A stretch of 64,000 nt of DNA from Eledone cirrhosa. Its lineage: Eukaryota. Of the stretch, positions 13,246 to 28,959 are shown piece by piece (the stretch's first letter is position 1; every line of letters begins with the position of its first letter). The stretch is from assembly GCA_964016885.1 (NCBI GenBank), contig OZ024743.1:300576001-300640000 (forward strand). The letters run 5' to 3'. The notes under the pieces are model-generated. The model was not told the origin of the DNA and ran no database searches. It worked only from the letters and a program-made list of their open reading frames with translations. The position numbers and the translations under genes are program-made.

Positions 13246-13729
13246 AATACAATAACAGAGATAGTTTCAAGCTAATCTCTGACTGGTAACCATCTCACTC
13301 AACAAACATTAGGTTATATTTTAATATAAACCCAATTTAAGTGTTTGGGGTGCTAACAATAAGTATTATTTGGAAAAGCCAGTTGTATTATTTTATGAGA
13401 TATAATTAAAGTTAAAATATATCTCTCTTTCCAAACAATTGTTTCATTATAAGTTTTCTACAAATTCGGAGAATATTTCCAGTTTACGTAGAAACCTAAT
13501 ATACATTCATGTAAGAATATATTTAGGTGGGCGCTTATAAATCATCAGTGGAAGCCCAATAAACTTTGATATAAGAAAAACATTTCTTACCACAGTTAAA
13601 AATCGTGTCCGTTAAGTTGCTCCCTCCCGCATCGAATGACCGGCAAATTTGGAATTCCAGCAGTTTTTGACTGAGGAAGTATTATAGCGTCACTAAGCGG
13701 GAAGGGGAGACAACCACGATCCACGAAAG

Positions 13730-14245
13730 GAAGAAAAAAATAATATACACGCGGGTTAATCAGTTTTTTCGAAAACATTATCAATCCAACGTGTTAAGAA
13801 CTCAATTGAAATTAAAAAAATAAATATATGCGTGTATAAATTACACACGCATATAGATATTTTCTTAGGCTAAAAACAGAGGTTGTACCTGAATAAGAAA
13901 CCGCATCTCGTAACTGTAGTAAATACGGAAAGTTATAGTTTAAAGGGCAAATGGGAATGTAAATCTCCGGCCAAATTAAGAGTAAAATATAAAACACACG
14001 CGGGTTAATTAGTTATTTCAAAAATAATATCAATTCCTCGTGTAAAGAACTCAATTAATTTAAAAAAATAAATGTATGCATGTAATTATATACATAGGCA
14101 TATATATATTTTCTTAGGCTAAAAAACAGAGAACTTACAACCAATAAATACCACAATATCGCACAACAGTAATAAATACGGAAAGTCAAATTTATAAGGT
14201 ACCTGGAAATAAACACCTCTGGCCAATCAAGAGTAAAATATTAAT
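13730..14245. repeat. Diverged tandem duplication, ~250-bp unit
   Basis: ACACGCGGGTTAAT...AAGAACTCAATT...TTTCTTAGGCTAAAAA...AAATACGGAAAGT...GAGTAAAATAT occurs at ~13747 and ~13996. Confidence 0.8.
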
Positions 14246-14379
14246 ACTATAACAGAGATAGTTTAAAGATAGTTTAATAGTCGACGGCTATTTCAGAAAT
14301 AGCCGTCGAAACGGATTGAGCTCTACCGTCGGGGTCATACTTTTTACTATATATATATATATATATATATATAAGCAAA

Positions 14380-16790
14380 GAGTTATTTAATTTGTTGGTT
14401 TTTCAACAAATTTATCTATGAAAGATTCGAAGCACTCTACAGTATTCTTCTGGAACATAATATTAATAATATTAATAAATGTAAACTATCTTTATAAAAC
14501 AATATTTATTCTATTATATATATTTCAAGGGTACCAAACATTTTTAGTACGCTCTCATCAAATAAAATACAAAAGTTATGTTATATTTCGTTTCTGAATT
14601 TGTTTAGCAAGATTCTTTATCTGAAATCGTGTGTTGAAACCGATATTGTTATACTTTGGTGCGTGTGTTTCTTATTGGCAACATGACCCTCCCAAAGTAT
14701 AACAATAGTTATTTTATAGATAGTGACATATTCAAGAACAAGAACTTATCGTTTTAAGTTCTATTTGAATAGTGAAACAAATTCAAATATTAGGATGAAT
14801 ATGTTAATGAGGGTAACGTAAAGTTGAAAAAGATCATTATATTTAGACGGTAGGTAAATTTAGATAATTATTAGTGTTAATTGTTATTTTTAAGGGAAGA
14901 AGAGGGAGAGGTTAATATTAGGGTGTAAGAAAATTTAAGGGAAGAATATAAGAAAAAAAAAATATTATAGTTAGAAATAGACTATTATTATTAATATATA
15001 AATGTATGGATCTTATTAGTTATGGTGTAAAGAGAGTGAAATAATTATATTTATTTATTTACTTATATAATTATATATTTTGGTAGTATTTATAATATAA
15101 TATGAGAATTATAAATGTGTTGAAGTGGTAGAATATCAAAGTTTATAAAATGGGAGATACTACTAATTGTTGGGTCTATTCTAATATTGAGTTTTAGTAT
15201 TATAGAGATAATATTTATAAGTATACGTTATAAAGAATTAGGGTTGGCGACGATATACCGGAAGTGCAACTTTGAAAAGAAGTCAATTTTAAATTATTTA
15301 TTTTTACGAAATTATTTCTGTTTACGAAATTGAGTACATAAATTATGTAATATTCATTCATTATTTATTCATTGGCAGTATCAGTAGAGGGTCGGACGCC
15401 ATGCTTTGACGCATAGAGTTACGGTCCTTGCCATTCTGAGTTCAAAACCCACCGAGGTTTACTTTGCCTTTCATCCTTACGGGGTCGATAAAATAAAGTA
15501 CCAGTAATGCACTGCCTTGAAACAATTATTTATTCAAAGTAATCCAACTTGTTTTACAAACAGGATAAAAAGAAACCGTACGCAATCCCGCAGATCTTCC
15601 TTTATTATAGTTTAGATATCCATAAACATCACTAAAACCATCACAAAAAGGTGTATTTCAAAATATAATTTAGAAAATCATTTAAAAGGGATGTCATTTA
15701 GAAAAAAATATCATTTAAAAGAAAAAAAAAATATAATTAAAGAAAAACCTCACAAAACATCATCAAAACATGGTGAAGATATATAGCATGTAAACGAATG
15801 AGATATAGATAATATTTTCTATAGATTATAGATGCTTCTGAACGTCTTGGATTGGCGATGTTTGCAAGAATTGACTAATTCTTTCTTTTTATTTATAGAG
15901 TTTTGATAGGTAAGTATATGAGGTATTTCATCAATACACAAATGCAAAATTCTTGTGAGAGCGATATTTCGGTATGCGGGCGTTTTCGAAATCGTTTACC
16001 AAGAGATAGAGTAGTCAATATTATTGTCATTTAAGTACCAAATTATATGTGAAAGTGATGTTGAAATTTTTTTTCCGACCTATTGAATGTATGTTTGTGA
16101 ATATACCAGAGTTCCTTAAATTGTGTAGAAGTGGCTCCGAAATAGTTATATATTTTATCTCTGTTTTTTTATTGTGCATTTATATAGTAAGTTTTTCTCT
16201 AGACAATTATTCTGTAAAAGGCAAATTGATTCGTTTCTACAGTTACACTTTCTACAGTTGTTGTCTATAGGAAAGGTACGATTATTATTAGTATTAATAT
16301 TGTTATTAATAATATTAATATTGATATTTTGGTTTCTTTGGGTTGGGTTTAAATTTAAGTTTCTATTATTAATTTTATTAATATTTTGCGCTATGTTCAT
16401 AGTAGTAGAGTAAGATAGTTTTATAGTATGTCTGTTAAAAATAGATTGGTATTTATAGGATTTAGGAAAACACTTATCTAATGCTTTGAAAAATAGGTTT
16501 GCTACAGGTGTTTTAACTCCTAATGAGATTGGGGGAGAGTACCAAATAATATTTCTAGTACTAGTTTTTTTGTTTGATTTATTGTTTATGTTAAATTGCT
16601 TATTATTATTATTATTATTATTATAGTAAATTTTAGCATGTTTTTGAATATTATTGTATCTAAGTATTTAATTTGGTTCATGTAACCAGCTCTATGTAAA
16701 TCATCATTGTAATAATCTGCCTTATTATCAACAATATTTTTATTGGCTGAAATGCTTTCGTTGCTGGACACTATTGACAATACCATTTTG
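14380..16790 (-). mobile_element. 5'-truncated, degenerate Penelope-like element (GIY-YIG region, long AT-rich 3' region, family B terminal repeat)
   Basis: Minus strand gives RHTIKLSYSTTMNI and CNCRNESICLLQNNCLEKNLLYKCTI. Degenerate hammerhead at 14507-14569 (TTGATGA core). 14710-15250 is the inverted match of 18960-19500. Confidence 0.75.
15371..15530 (+). mobile_element. tRNA-derived SINE inserted in the PLE
   Basis: Same A/B boxes and tail as the copies at 10088-10469. Confidence 0.85.
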
Positions 16791-16954
16791 AGATTTCTAG
16801 GATGATATTTTTCTTTTCTTTTTAAATGAAATTTTTCTAATTGACATCCCTTTTAAATGATTTCCTAAATGATATTTTGAAATATACTTTTTGTGATAGT
16901 TTTAGTGATGTTTCTGAATATACTTTTAATGTTTGGAATATTTCTTCGTAATTT

Positions 16955-18410
16955 TATATATATAAAAGCGAGGATGTGTGTGTATCTGTGTACAAATTTG
17001 GATACGTAAGGCTTTTACAATTACCAACCGAATTTGACCAAATTGCCTGTGCACGTTGCACATGTCGCTAAGATGGTCATAACACAGACACTTTTCCAAT
17101 CGCCCCAGGTTGAGCAATAACAAATCGATATCAAAATTATCGGTAGCAAAATTGATATAAGGGAGATAACCAGCTTTATTGACAATCCTTATTAAAAAAG
17201 GGAGATAACCAACTTTATTGACAATCCTTATTAAGAGAGTGAGATATGGAGACCTTCGTTTTCAATCCGTCGGACGAAATTTCAGAAACATAAACATCAG
17301 ATTCTTATGAAAATAAATCACTAATATTATCGTTTCTTTCTTGTTTATTCTTTGTTGCACTTTCAAAGTTAAAAAAACACTTGTTGTTTTAACTTATTTC
17401 ACTATATTGTGTTATTTTTCGCGTTAAGGGACTAATCTAGCAGCAGTCACAAAATGACGAGATTTTGATGATGGTTTGTTTATTTTTAGAACAATCGTTA
17501 TGGGACTTTCCATTCAAACCATTGGGACCTACAGCTTTTACATTTTTAAAACTTTCATAGGCCATGTTGATACAAAAAAATTTGTAGCACTTTCAAAGTT
17601 AAAAAAAATACTTGTTGTTTTAACTTGTTTCACTATATTGAGTGTTAATTTTCGCGGTAAGGGGCTAATCTCGCAGCAGTCTCGAATTGACGAGATTTCA
17701 ATGATGGTTTGTTTATTTTTAGAACAATCCTTATGGGACTTTCCATTCAAACCATTGGGACAATTTAAAAGTAATTTCGTCCTCATTTGAGGCAGGCATT
17801 ATCTATGCTTCTAGCTGTATTCGTACACATCAAACTTTTTTGACAATGAAGGAACATACTGAACAGGATTCTTCCTGGATGTCCACGTATATATAAATCT
17901 ATTGATACTGTATGTGATCCACAGGATACGGTCAACTATCCAGTTGAATTTGTAAATTCTTTAAATACTCCTGGTTTACCTCCTAATAATTCTTTCTGAA
18001 AGAGGGAACGCCAGTTATTTTGCTGAGAAATATCACTCCTCCAACACTATGCAATGGTACACGCCTCGTGGTTAAAAAACCGTCTCCACTTAGTATTGAC
18101 GCTACCATTCTATCTATGTGGAAAAGATGAGGATGTGATAATAACAACAATTAGCCTGACTACATCAGGCGTGGATACTCCCTTTTCCTTTCACCGAACC
18201 CAATTTCCCATTCGTGTTGCCTTTGCGATGTCCATAAAATAGTTGGAAGTTCAAATTCTGTCCATCACTGGAATTCACTTGGATGAACCTTGCTTTTCGC
18301 ACGGACAATTGTACGTTGCCTGCTCACGAGTTGGCAGTCGAGATAATCTCTTTGCGTTTGTTCCGAAAAGAAAAACAAAGAATATCGTCTATCCTGAAGT
18401 GCTTTTTTGT
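16955..18410 (+). mobile_element. Non-autonomous Helitron-like remnant with a PIF1 helicase C-terminal fragment (17870-18405)
   Basis: PVILLRNITPPTLCNGTRLVV, QFPIRVAFAMSI, FSHGQLYVACSRVG and KTKNIVYPEVL. 5' end TATATATAAAAGCGAGGATGTGTGTG. Internal 40-bp and ~230-bp tandem duplications. Confidence 0.85.
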
Positions 18411-18869
18411 TAACAAGAAAAACTTATTACAGCTCTGCCTTGACTTCACCTTACTCATTACAAAACATACCAATGAATATGTCATGCGGGATACTTTGGA
18501 TTATAAGTTCAAAATTTAACAATTACAGCAAAGGATGCTCTCAAAGAATAGTAAATTCTAGAATTAATCGGTAAATAGAAATATTTTAACTAAGAGATAT
18601 TGGAGTTATCTTTTCCTTTATACTGTAACACGCTTACACATTTCTTCTAAGTAACAACTAAACTTTACATAAATATTAATATTTTGTTGTATAATTTTCG
18701 TTAACTTCGTAAATTTTGTAAATATATTCCTATCTTGATGCAAATATTGAATGTACTAAATAATCTTCTATAATAAAATAGCACTACTTCCTTTTTCTCA
18801 AATATATATTGAAAATGTAAACAGGAAATTCATCGTAACTATTCACATATAAAAAATATTTAAATTATC

Positions 18870-19609
18870 TATCTATTTATAAAACAACATATATACTCAC
18901 CAAAATTATTTATATGAATATTTATATAAATAACCTGTTGTAATATAATAAAATAACATATGCCAACAACCCTAATTCTTCATAAAATATAGTTATAAAT
19001 ATTATCTCTATAATACTAAAACTCAATATTAGAATACACCCAAAAATTAGTAGTATCTCTCATTTTATAAACTTTGATATTCTACCACTTCAAAACATAT
19101 ATAATTATCATATTATATTATAAATACTACCAAAATATATAATTATATAAGTAAATAAATAAATATAATTATTTCACTCTCTTTACACCATAATTAATAC
19201 GATCCATACATTTATATATTAATAATAATAGACTATTTCTAACTATAATATATATTTTTCCTAATATTCTTCCCTTAAATTTTCTTACACCATAATATTA
19301 ACCTCTCTCTCTTCTTCCCTTAAAAAAATAACACTAATAATTATTTAAATTTACCTTGCGTCTAAATATAACGATCTTTTTCAACTTTACGTTACCCTCA
19401 TTAACATATTCATCCTAAGATTTGAATTTCTTTCACTATTCAAATAGAAATTAAAACGATAAGTTCTTGTTCTTGAATATGTCGCTATCTATAAAACAAC
19501 TTTTGTATTTCACCTGATGAGGGCGTACCAAAAAATGTTGCTACTCTTGAAATATATATAATAAAATAAACATGGTTTTATAAAGATAGTTTCCATTAAT
19601 TAATATCAT

Positions 19610-19612
<3 letters not shown>
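18870..19612 (+). mobile_element. Non-coding PLE 3' region / family B terminal repeat with a hammerhead motif at 19506-19568
   Basis: CTGATGA-GGGCGTAC...TACTCTT-GAAA-TATATA-TA with stems partly mismatched. Inverted copy of 14470-15250. Confidence 0.75.
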
Positions 19613-19639
<27 letters not shown>

Positions 19640-19643
<4 letters not shown>

Positions 19644-21320
19644 TTTCTCAATTTGTTTAGCAAGATTCTTTATCTGAAAACGTGTGTTGAAACCGATATT
19701 GTTATACTTTGGGAGGGTCATGTTGCCAATAAGAAGCAAACGCACCAGTTGCTTTCACTTCAATTTATTATAATAAATTTATAAATTTAGGAATTTATAA
19801 ATTTCCGGTTGGTTGGTTGGTTCCACAACCAGATGGTTGTTTCTATATTGTCAAAGTTCTTTCGTCACACATTCTGTGTGACTGGGGATTCTTTTCTTTC
19901 TTTTTTAGTGCCTCTCCTTTGTTTTGTCCTACGCCATCTTGTTTTTGTGTGTGCGTTTTGTGTGTGAGTTGTGTGTGTGTTGTGTGTAGATATTTGGAAG
20001 TCATGGGTTTGGCATAATGGGATTGGAGGATTTGTTATGCCAAACCCATGACTTCCAAATATCTGATCCACCGAAACTCAGCAGTTTCGGACCATAGCAA
20101 AATCAACTTACTGATTGCGGATTTGGTACGGGTGATGAGAAACGTGTCCCGCATGTTCAACCCCGAAGAACTAGAGAGACACATACAACACTTCATCCCC
20201 CGTATGCAGTTCTCCGGTTACAATCAGAGAGATAAATTCAGAGTGTATAGAGGAGCCAGAACCAAATGGTAAAAAATGGTAAATAATGACACAAATGGGA
20301 CCTGCCCCTTGTATATGAGCAAATTTTGGAATAGAATAGAAAGAACTAGGAATAAGGCTAATAGAATAAACTCATGGTATGATAGCAATAAATACCAGAG
20401 TGTAATGTTCATCGATACAACCCCTAGAGGTGAACTAGCTTACAAATTTAGAAGGGCCCTAGATAAATATAAACTCAATATTAAGATAGTAGAAAGACCA
20501 GGTACCTCCATTAAAACACTTATTAGCAAGACATACCCTTTTCAAAGACCTACCTGTATAGATAAGACATGTATAATCTGTAAATTAAGCCCCCCTATTA
20601 ACTGTAAAACTAGAAATGTAGTATATAGCATAAGATATACTGAAGGACAATGTAGAGACAAAAATATAGTGTACATAGGTGAGACAGCTCGTAGTATAGG
20701 GGAACGGATAAATGAACACTGGCGAGACCTTCAAGATAGTAAAGAATCATCTGTACTCTACCAACATGCTAAAATAGTACATACGGGTAAAATAGAGAGC
20801 ATAGAAATAAAAATAGAATCTACCCACAGAAAAGAGGCAATGTTTAGACAATTCACAGAGGCAATAAACATAAATGAATTACAACAAACATTAAATAGAA
20901 AACATGAGTGGAACAGCAACATCATAACTTACAATTAAGGACAACATGAAAACACACACGCACATAGAACAAACAACCAACCAGTAACATGTAAATAAAC
21001 AAATAAATAAACGAATATAAACACACACAGACACCCGAATGTAACACATGCGCAAACTAAGCACACAACACACACACAAAAACAAGATGGCGTAGGACAG
21101 AACAAAGGAGTAGCACAAAAAACAAAGAAAATAATCCCCAGTCATAATGTGTGACGAAAGAACTTTGACAATATATAAACAACCATCTGGTTGTGGAACC
21201 CACCAACCAATCGGAAATTTATAAATTCCTAAATTTATAAATTTATTATAATAAATTGAAGTGAAAGCAATGGTGCGTGTGCTTCTTATTGGCAACATGA
21301 CCCTCCCAAAGTATAACAAT
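19640..21320 (+). mobile_element. 5'-truncated Penelope-like element: RT thumb + GIY-YIG endonuclease (20030-20938) with an inverted copy of its 3' region at the 5' end
   Basis: YAKPMTSKYLIHRNSA; CKTRNVVYSI...YIGETARSIGERINEH; LYQHA; LNRKHEW. 19696-19985 is the inverted match of ~21050-21321. Flanked by (TA)n. Confidence 0.9.
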
Positions 21321-21333
21321 ATATATATATATT

Positions 21334-21900
<567 letters not shown>

Positions 21901-22676
21901 ATATATATATATAAAGAGATATGAGATATTATTTAATAATATCTCATATAAAATAAGACAGCCAATTATCCACGAAATACTGATAAGTTAGCACCCCCAA
22001 AACTAAATTGGGATAATACTTAAGTATATCCTAATGTTGGTTGAGTGAGATGGAGTTGGTCGGAGTATCGCTTAAGGCTTTTTCTGTTTATGTATTGTAT
22101 ATATATATATATATAGTTAGAGAAGCATAATATTGCTTATTGTGATCCAGTTCTTGGTTAAGAAAACCAGTTTCATGGATGGTTTCAACGTACGGTTAGG
22201 CGTAACTCCACAAGTTTGTAACAATTCCGTTCAATATTGGGGTATAAAGTATAAAAGATGATCAATTTAATTCTCTTTAACTCACTACATTCCACGACAT
22301 GAAGTCTGCTATCGAAACTGACCAAGGAATCCTTCCACTTCTACCACTCCCTGCATCTGAATTTGTCACTCCACTCTACTTCATACCTCTTCCCCCTTCC
22401 TCTCTCTCTATACTATTCCGTTTATCCCCTCACCTTCTGATTCGTCTCTATATATACTAGTAAATACAATTCCAAATAAATGTTTTTCTTAATATATTAA
22501 GAATTATTTCAAGAGTAACTTACTCAAAATTTGGAAAATTTGGACTGTGAACAACAATTATAATTGAGTGGCTGGTATTTGCAGTATAGCAATATATGGT
22601 TGCACTTACCAATGAAACAGTCGTAAACACCTGGATAAAATCCTACTCTTAATGCTTACTTCTGTTTTCTCTTTTA

Positions 22677-22711
<35 letters not shown>

Positions 22712-22830
22712 TATTATATATATATAAATATATATTATATATATATACATATATATTATATATATATATAAATATATATTATATATATATATATAAATAT
22801 ATAATATATATATATATAAATATATATTAT

Positions 22831-22903
<73 letters not shown>

Positions 22904-22937
22904 AATATATATTATATATATATATATATAAATATAT

Positions 22938-23974
22938 ATACATTATGAAGAGAGAAGAAACATTTAGATATAATTAGTAATAAAATGTATCATACCTAAA
23001 CTGTTCCTAAATTCCTCGACTACGTAGTTTCGTGGCATAAACAAAAACAATATATCAAAGATATAGAGTCCTTGCGAGGTCTGGCGACTTATCAAGAGGA
23101 TACCTCATTTTACTAGTCTCAAGAACGCGTCTACACGACGTGAGAAATAATCCCAAAAGGCGGAGGGGGAGATAGTCACGCGATATAACGGTCGAGAAAC
23201 AGAGCTAAGCCTCTTATAACCACGAAGAAAATACCACGGAGGCGGAGGGGGTATTCATATCGGGGCCGCAGAAGAGGTAGTGAAGAAGGCGAGAAGTATG
23301 AGTAATGGAAGCTTTCCAGTTGTCCCCACACTTCAAAGATTGCTCGACCAGAGGGAGTTATTAATATATTTAGAAACACACAGATACATGCGGACACACA
23401 CATATATACATGAATGCATCCGCACCCAACTGTGAGTTAAGGGTGCCAAATTCACCGATGTTGCTCAATGAATGACTGGGACAGACCAATTCAGTTTGAA
23501 CTAGACTGAACCAGTATCAGAGTTAAAAATACATTATGAAGAGAGAAGAAACATTTAGATATAATTAGTAATAAAATGTATCATACCTAAACTGTTCCTA
23601 AATTCCTCGACTACGTAGTTTCGTGGAATAAACAAAAACAATATATCAAAGATATAGAGTCCTTGCGAGGTCTGCCGACTTATCAAGAGGATACCTCATT
23701 TTACTAGTCTCGAGAACGCGTCTACACGATGTGAGAAAGAATCCCAAAAGGCGGAGGGGGAGATAGTCACGCGATATAACGGTCGAGAAACAGAGCTAAG
23801 CCTCTTATAACCACGAAGAAAATACCACGGAGGAGGAGGGGGTATTCATATCGGGGCCGCAGAAGAGGTAGTGAGTAATGGAAGCTTTCCAGTTGTCCCC
23901 ACACATCAAAGATTGCTCGACCAGAGGGAGTTATTAATATATTTAGAAACACACAGATACATGCGGACACACAC

Positions 23975-23978
<4 letters not shown>
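22938..23978 (-). mobile_element. Two ~450-bp direct repeats, each with a variant hammerhead, around a ~120-bp spacer (retrozyme-like / partial tandem PLE end)
   Basis: 22938-23405 vs 23528-23978. Motifs at 23013-23100 and 23604-23691 read TCCTC-TTGATAA-GT...CCAC-GAAA-CTACGTAG-TC-GAGGA. Period 591 bp. Confidence 0.7.
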
Positions 23979-24019
<41 letters not shown>

Positions 24020-24211
24020 TATATTTATAAATATATATATATATATATATATAAATATATATATATACATATATATATAAATATTTATATATATATATAA
24101 ATATATATTATATATATATATATATATAAATAAATATATATATAAATAAATATATATAAATATATATCATATATATATAAATATATATTATATATATATA
24201 TATATAAATAA

Positions 24212-24286
<75 letters not shown>

Positions 24287-24317
24287 TAAATAAATATATA
24301 TATATATATATATACAA

Positions 24318-24358
<41 letters not shown>

Positions 24359-24396
24359 TATATATATATAAATATATATTATATATATATATATAA

Positions 24397-24456
<60 letters not shown>

Positions 24457-24896
24457 TATATATATAAATATATATAAATAAATATATATATATATATATA
24501 TATATAAATATATATTATATATATATATAAATATATATATATGTATATATAAATATATATATATATAAATATATATTATATATATATATATAAATATATA
24601 TTATATATATATATATAAATATATATATATATAAATATATATTTTATATATATATATATAAATATATATTATATATATATATAAATATATATTATATATA
24701 TATATATAAATATATATTATATATATATATATAAATATATATATAAATATATATTATATATATACATATAAATATATATCGTATATATATATATATAAAT
24801 ATATATTGTATATATATATAAATATATATTATATATATATATATAAATATATATATATAAATATATATTATATATAAATATATAAATATATATTAT

Positions 24897-24927
<31 letters not shown>

Positions 24928-25001
24928 AATATATATTATATATATATATATATAAATATATATTATACATATATATATATATTATACATATATATATATA
25001 C

Positions 25002-25033
<32 letters not shown>

Positions 25034-25038
25034 ATAAA

Positions 25039-25121
<83 letters not shown>

Positions 25122-25158
25122 ATGTATTATATATATATATTATATATTATATATATAT

Positions 25159-25190
<32 letters not shown>

Positions 25191-25194
25191 ATTT

Positions 25195-25247
<53 letters not shown>

Positions 25248-25326
25248 TATATATTATATATATATAATTTTATATATATAATATATATATATTATATATA
25301 TATATATAATATATATATATATACAT

Positions 25327-25360
<34 letters not shown>

Positions 25361-25413
25361 ATATATATATATATATAATATATATATATATATATAATAT
25401 ATATATATAATAT

Positions 25414-25467
<54 letters not shown>

Positions 25468-25476
25468 ATATATAAT

Positions 25477-25526
<50 letters not shown>

Positions 25527-25585
25527 ATATATATATAATTCATATATATATATATTATATATATATATATATATATAATATACAT

Positions 25586-25627
<42 letters not shown>

Positions 25628-25733
25628 ATATATATATAATTCATATATATATATATATTATATATATATATATATATATAATATACATATATAATATATA
25701 TATATATATATATAATATATATATATATATATA

Positions 25734-25819
<86 letters not shown>
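23975..25819. repeat. ~1.85-kb imperfect (TA)n tract
   Basis: Read directly from the sequence. Confidence 0.97.
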
Positions 25820-25822
<3 letters not shown>

Positions 25823-26648
25823 TATTTTCCGTTGTGTCGTAATATAAATATTACACACAGTAGATTATCATCTCACGCAGAGTTTGCTCGACGGTTCCAG
25901 TTGTAGTTCCAAAAGTAATCCGGAGAAAAATAGAAAGATTTGAATGGATACAGTTTAGTTGAAAGGAATTTATTGACACGTGTTTCTATAACAGTTACAT
26001 AACCTAAAACAGCTGCTATCTACAAACTTTTAGTTATGCAGACATTCAATATTTCAATGTTATTATTTACTGTCATTTCATCAGAATAATATTACTGAGG
26101 ACCTATTTAGTTTTTATAGAGAATATTAGGAGGGAGGGGTGAAGTTGTTAGAAGAATAGTTGAAGGAGTGGTTTTTCGATAGCAGTGAGAATTCTTGGTG
26201 GCAGTGAGTAATTAGATTCCCTTCTGTTGTTTTGACATTTTTTATAGAATATATTATTTGTTATTTTTCTAAATCTATAGAAGGATTAGAGATAGTAAAG
26301 ATATGCGTGGTTGGTTTTGTGTTTGCACTTAATTAACATTCAGACTTAAATTTTTCTTTCAAGTGTACGTATCCTTTCACCCACGCATTCACACACAAAT
26401 ATATTTGCACACCTCTACAAAATACATATACTCACAATTCACATATTCATACTTACATATATATACACATGCATACACATATATATACACACATGTATTC
26501 ATGTACATACTTACGCGCTCATGTGTATACATTTTCATACTCAACTTATGTTTATATACACACGTATAGACACACACATATATACATACTTACTCTAGTC
26601 CATGTGTACACACATACACATACATACACATCTATATACACATATATA
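25819..26648 (-). mobile_element. Solo PLE terminal repeat (family D) with an intact hammerhead at 25970-26089
   Basis: Near-identical reverse complement of ~40595-41421. Confidence 0.88.
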
Positions 26649-27648
26649 AGAGCGAAAACCTTAAGTCATGTCATATTAAGTTGAGTTAACAATTGAGATG
26701 AAATGAATAAATAAAATTAGAAATATTAATATTCATGAATGGAATATATATATATAATATGATAAATTCATCATTTTTTAAGTATGATTAGATATCTAGT
26801 TTAAACATTTAGATCAATATATTAAAAATTGGAATTTAAACATCACAAATTATATATATTGCTAGAGAAATTACCTATCGTATAACACGTTCATATAGGC
26901 ACATATACATAAATATATATATACACACACACTCAGAAAATACACATTATATTTACTCCCGCATACATAGAAAGCATAAGTGATTTTTTTTTATTACTGC
27001 TATACATTCCTTGTGTTATTAAATTAATATTCTTAGTATATATATATAAATAAATATATAGGATCAACTTTCATACATTTATTGTTGTTAAAATTATGCA
27101 TATCTGCAATCAAAACTGCATGGGTAAGCATGTACATGTAACACACAATTCCTAGCTATACATATATACATATGTGTGTGCACCTTCACCCAATTGGTAG
27201 ACACGCGTCACTCATGTATATATACTGACAGACACATAATCATAAAAAAGCACATAACACATGTTTATGTATGTTAATACACATATATAGATACATAGTC
27301 GTATATAGATAAGTATACATCAATATATTACATAGTACAATTGAGTATATAAAATACAAAAGGATTATATTTTGGAAATATAATTATATCAATATAACTT
27401 AAAAGACAAACGAATTCTACAAATATCAAAATATTAAAATATTTTAAAATATTATAGAATACCTTAAGTTAAAATAATGTTTCATAGATTTAGTAAAGAA
27501 ATGTATCTTACGTATATTTTAATCAATATATTGAAATGATAAACTTTTGAAAATTATGAGAGGCTATCAGAATAAAAACAAACCTAATAAAAAAAAAATT
27601 AAAAAAATATTATTAAAAAAAATATTTAAAAAAAATATTATAACAAAA

Positions 27649-27721
<73 letters not shown>

Positions 27722-28614
27722 TATATATATTCTTATGAAAAACTTTAAATATTAAGACGTTATAATAAACAAAGTTATATTTTAACAGTCACAACTGTAT
27801 AACAGGTGGATTTATAAAATATATAAATTAATAATATTATAACTTACTATAAAATAATATTAGGTTCTCTTATAATGTTAACTTTTTTTATCATCTTAAC
27901 TTTTATAACATATAATCCTTAGAGGCATCTACATTACAAATAAATCAATACATTTTCTATCACGCTGTATTGCTATTACTAAGAAGAGATTTTTCTTCGC
28001 TAAAATCTCTGAATATTCATATATTTTAAACATATATTTTGCTATTTCTTATAAATTTTATTGTTGATTGAAAAATTTAATAGTTAATTGTTGGTTGATG
28101 ATTAATAATAAATTTATGTATATATGTGTGTGTATATGTATATATAATTAATTATATATTATTTTAAGAATATATAGATCTCAATTTTTAATTTTTAATT
28201 TTTAATTTTTAATTTATAGATCTCAATAATTTAAACAAATTTAAACATTTGATAAAATTCTCCGGTTATTACTATTTATTTATTTATTTATTTACTTCGC
28301 GTAATTTATCCAATATAGATTTATCTTTTCGATTCATCATCTCATAAAATTACGTTAATACAACACTCTCTCACTTAGGGTTTTCTCTCTTTCCCTTTCT
28401 TTTCTTTTGTTTCGTTCTCTCTTTTTCCTTTTCCTTTTTCCCTATTCCAACGGCTTAATATAAATGTATGGGATTTAAACCTTTCCGACACTAATTTGCA
28501 TAATAGACCAATAATAAAATTAGTAACCCCACTATCCGAGAGCTTCCAACCGACCGACATGGTTGCATTCTTTAAGTTTATGTCAAAATATGTTTATAAA
28601 ACTGATCTATATTA

Positions 28615-28679
28615 TATTTTATCTGACGAAAGCGCACCATAATTTGCTTTGGTGTCCTTGAAATATGTATAATGAAATA
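28615..28679 (+). ncRNA. Minimal type I hammerhead ribozyme (family B)
   Basis: TATTTTAT-CTGACGA-AAGCGCACCA-loop-TGGTGTCCTT-GAAA-T-ATGT-A-TA-ATGAAATA. 8-bp stem I, 9/10 stem II; predicted cleavage after 28671. Confidence 0.85.
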
Positions 28680-28719
28680 AATATTGTTTTATAAATATAG
28701 TTTTCATTTGTTAATATAT

Positions 28720-28808
<89 letters not shown>

Positions 28809-28878
28809 TTCTTTATTTGCCACCTATGTATATGGCAAATAAAGAAAACAAAATATATATATATATATTTATAGAAAA

Positions 28879-28959
<81 letters not shown>

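Noticed and set aside
17160-17240. Short direct repeats as a CRISPR-like array
   Set aside because: Only two adjacent 40-bp units with no spacers, in a eukaryotic context.
20030-20938. Selenocysteine recoding in PLE GIY-YIG domains (reported for some PLE clades)
   Set aside because: No in-frame TGA at cysteine positions was seen in the readable GIY-YIG ORFs; the interruptions are TAA stops or frameshifts.
21145-21185. Hammerhead-like GTGACGA-AAG..CTTT-GACA in the PLE 3' region
   Set aside because: Both core boxes deviate in both copies and the stems are weak.
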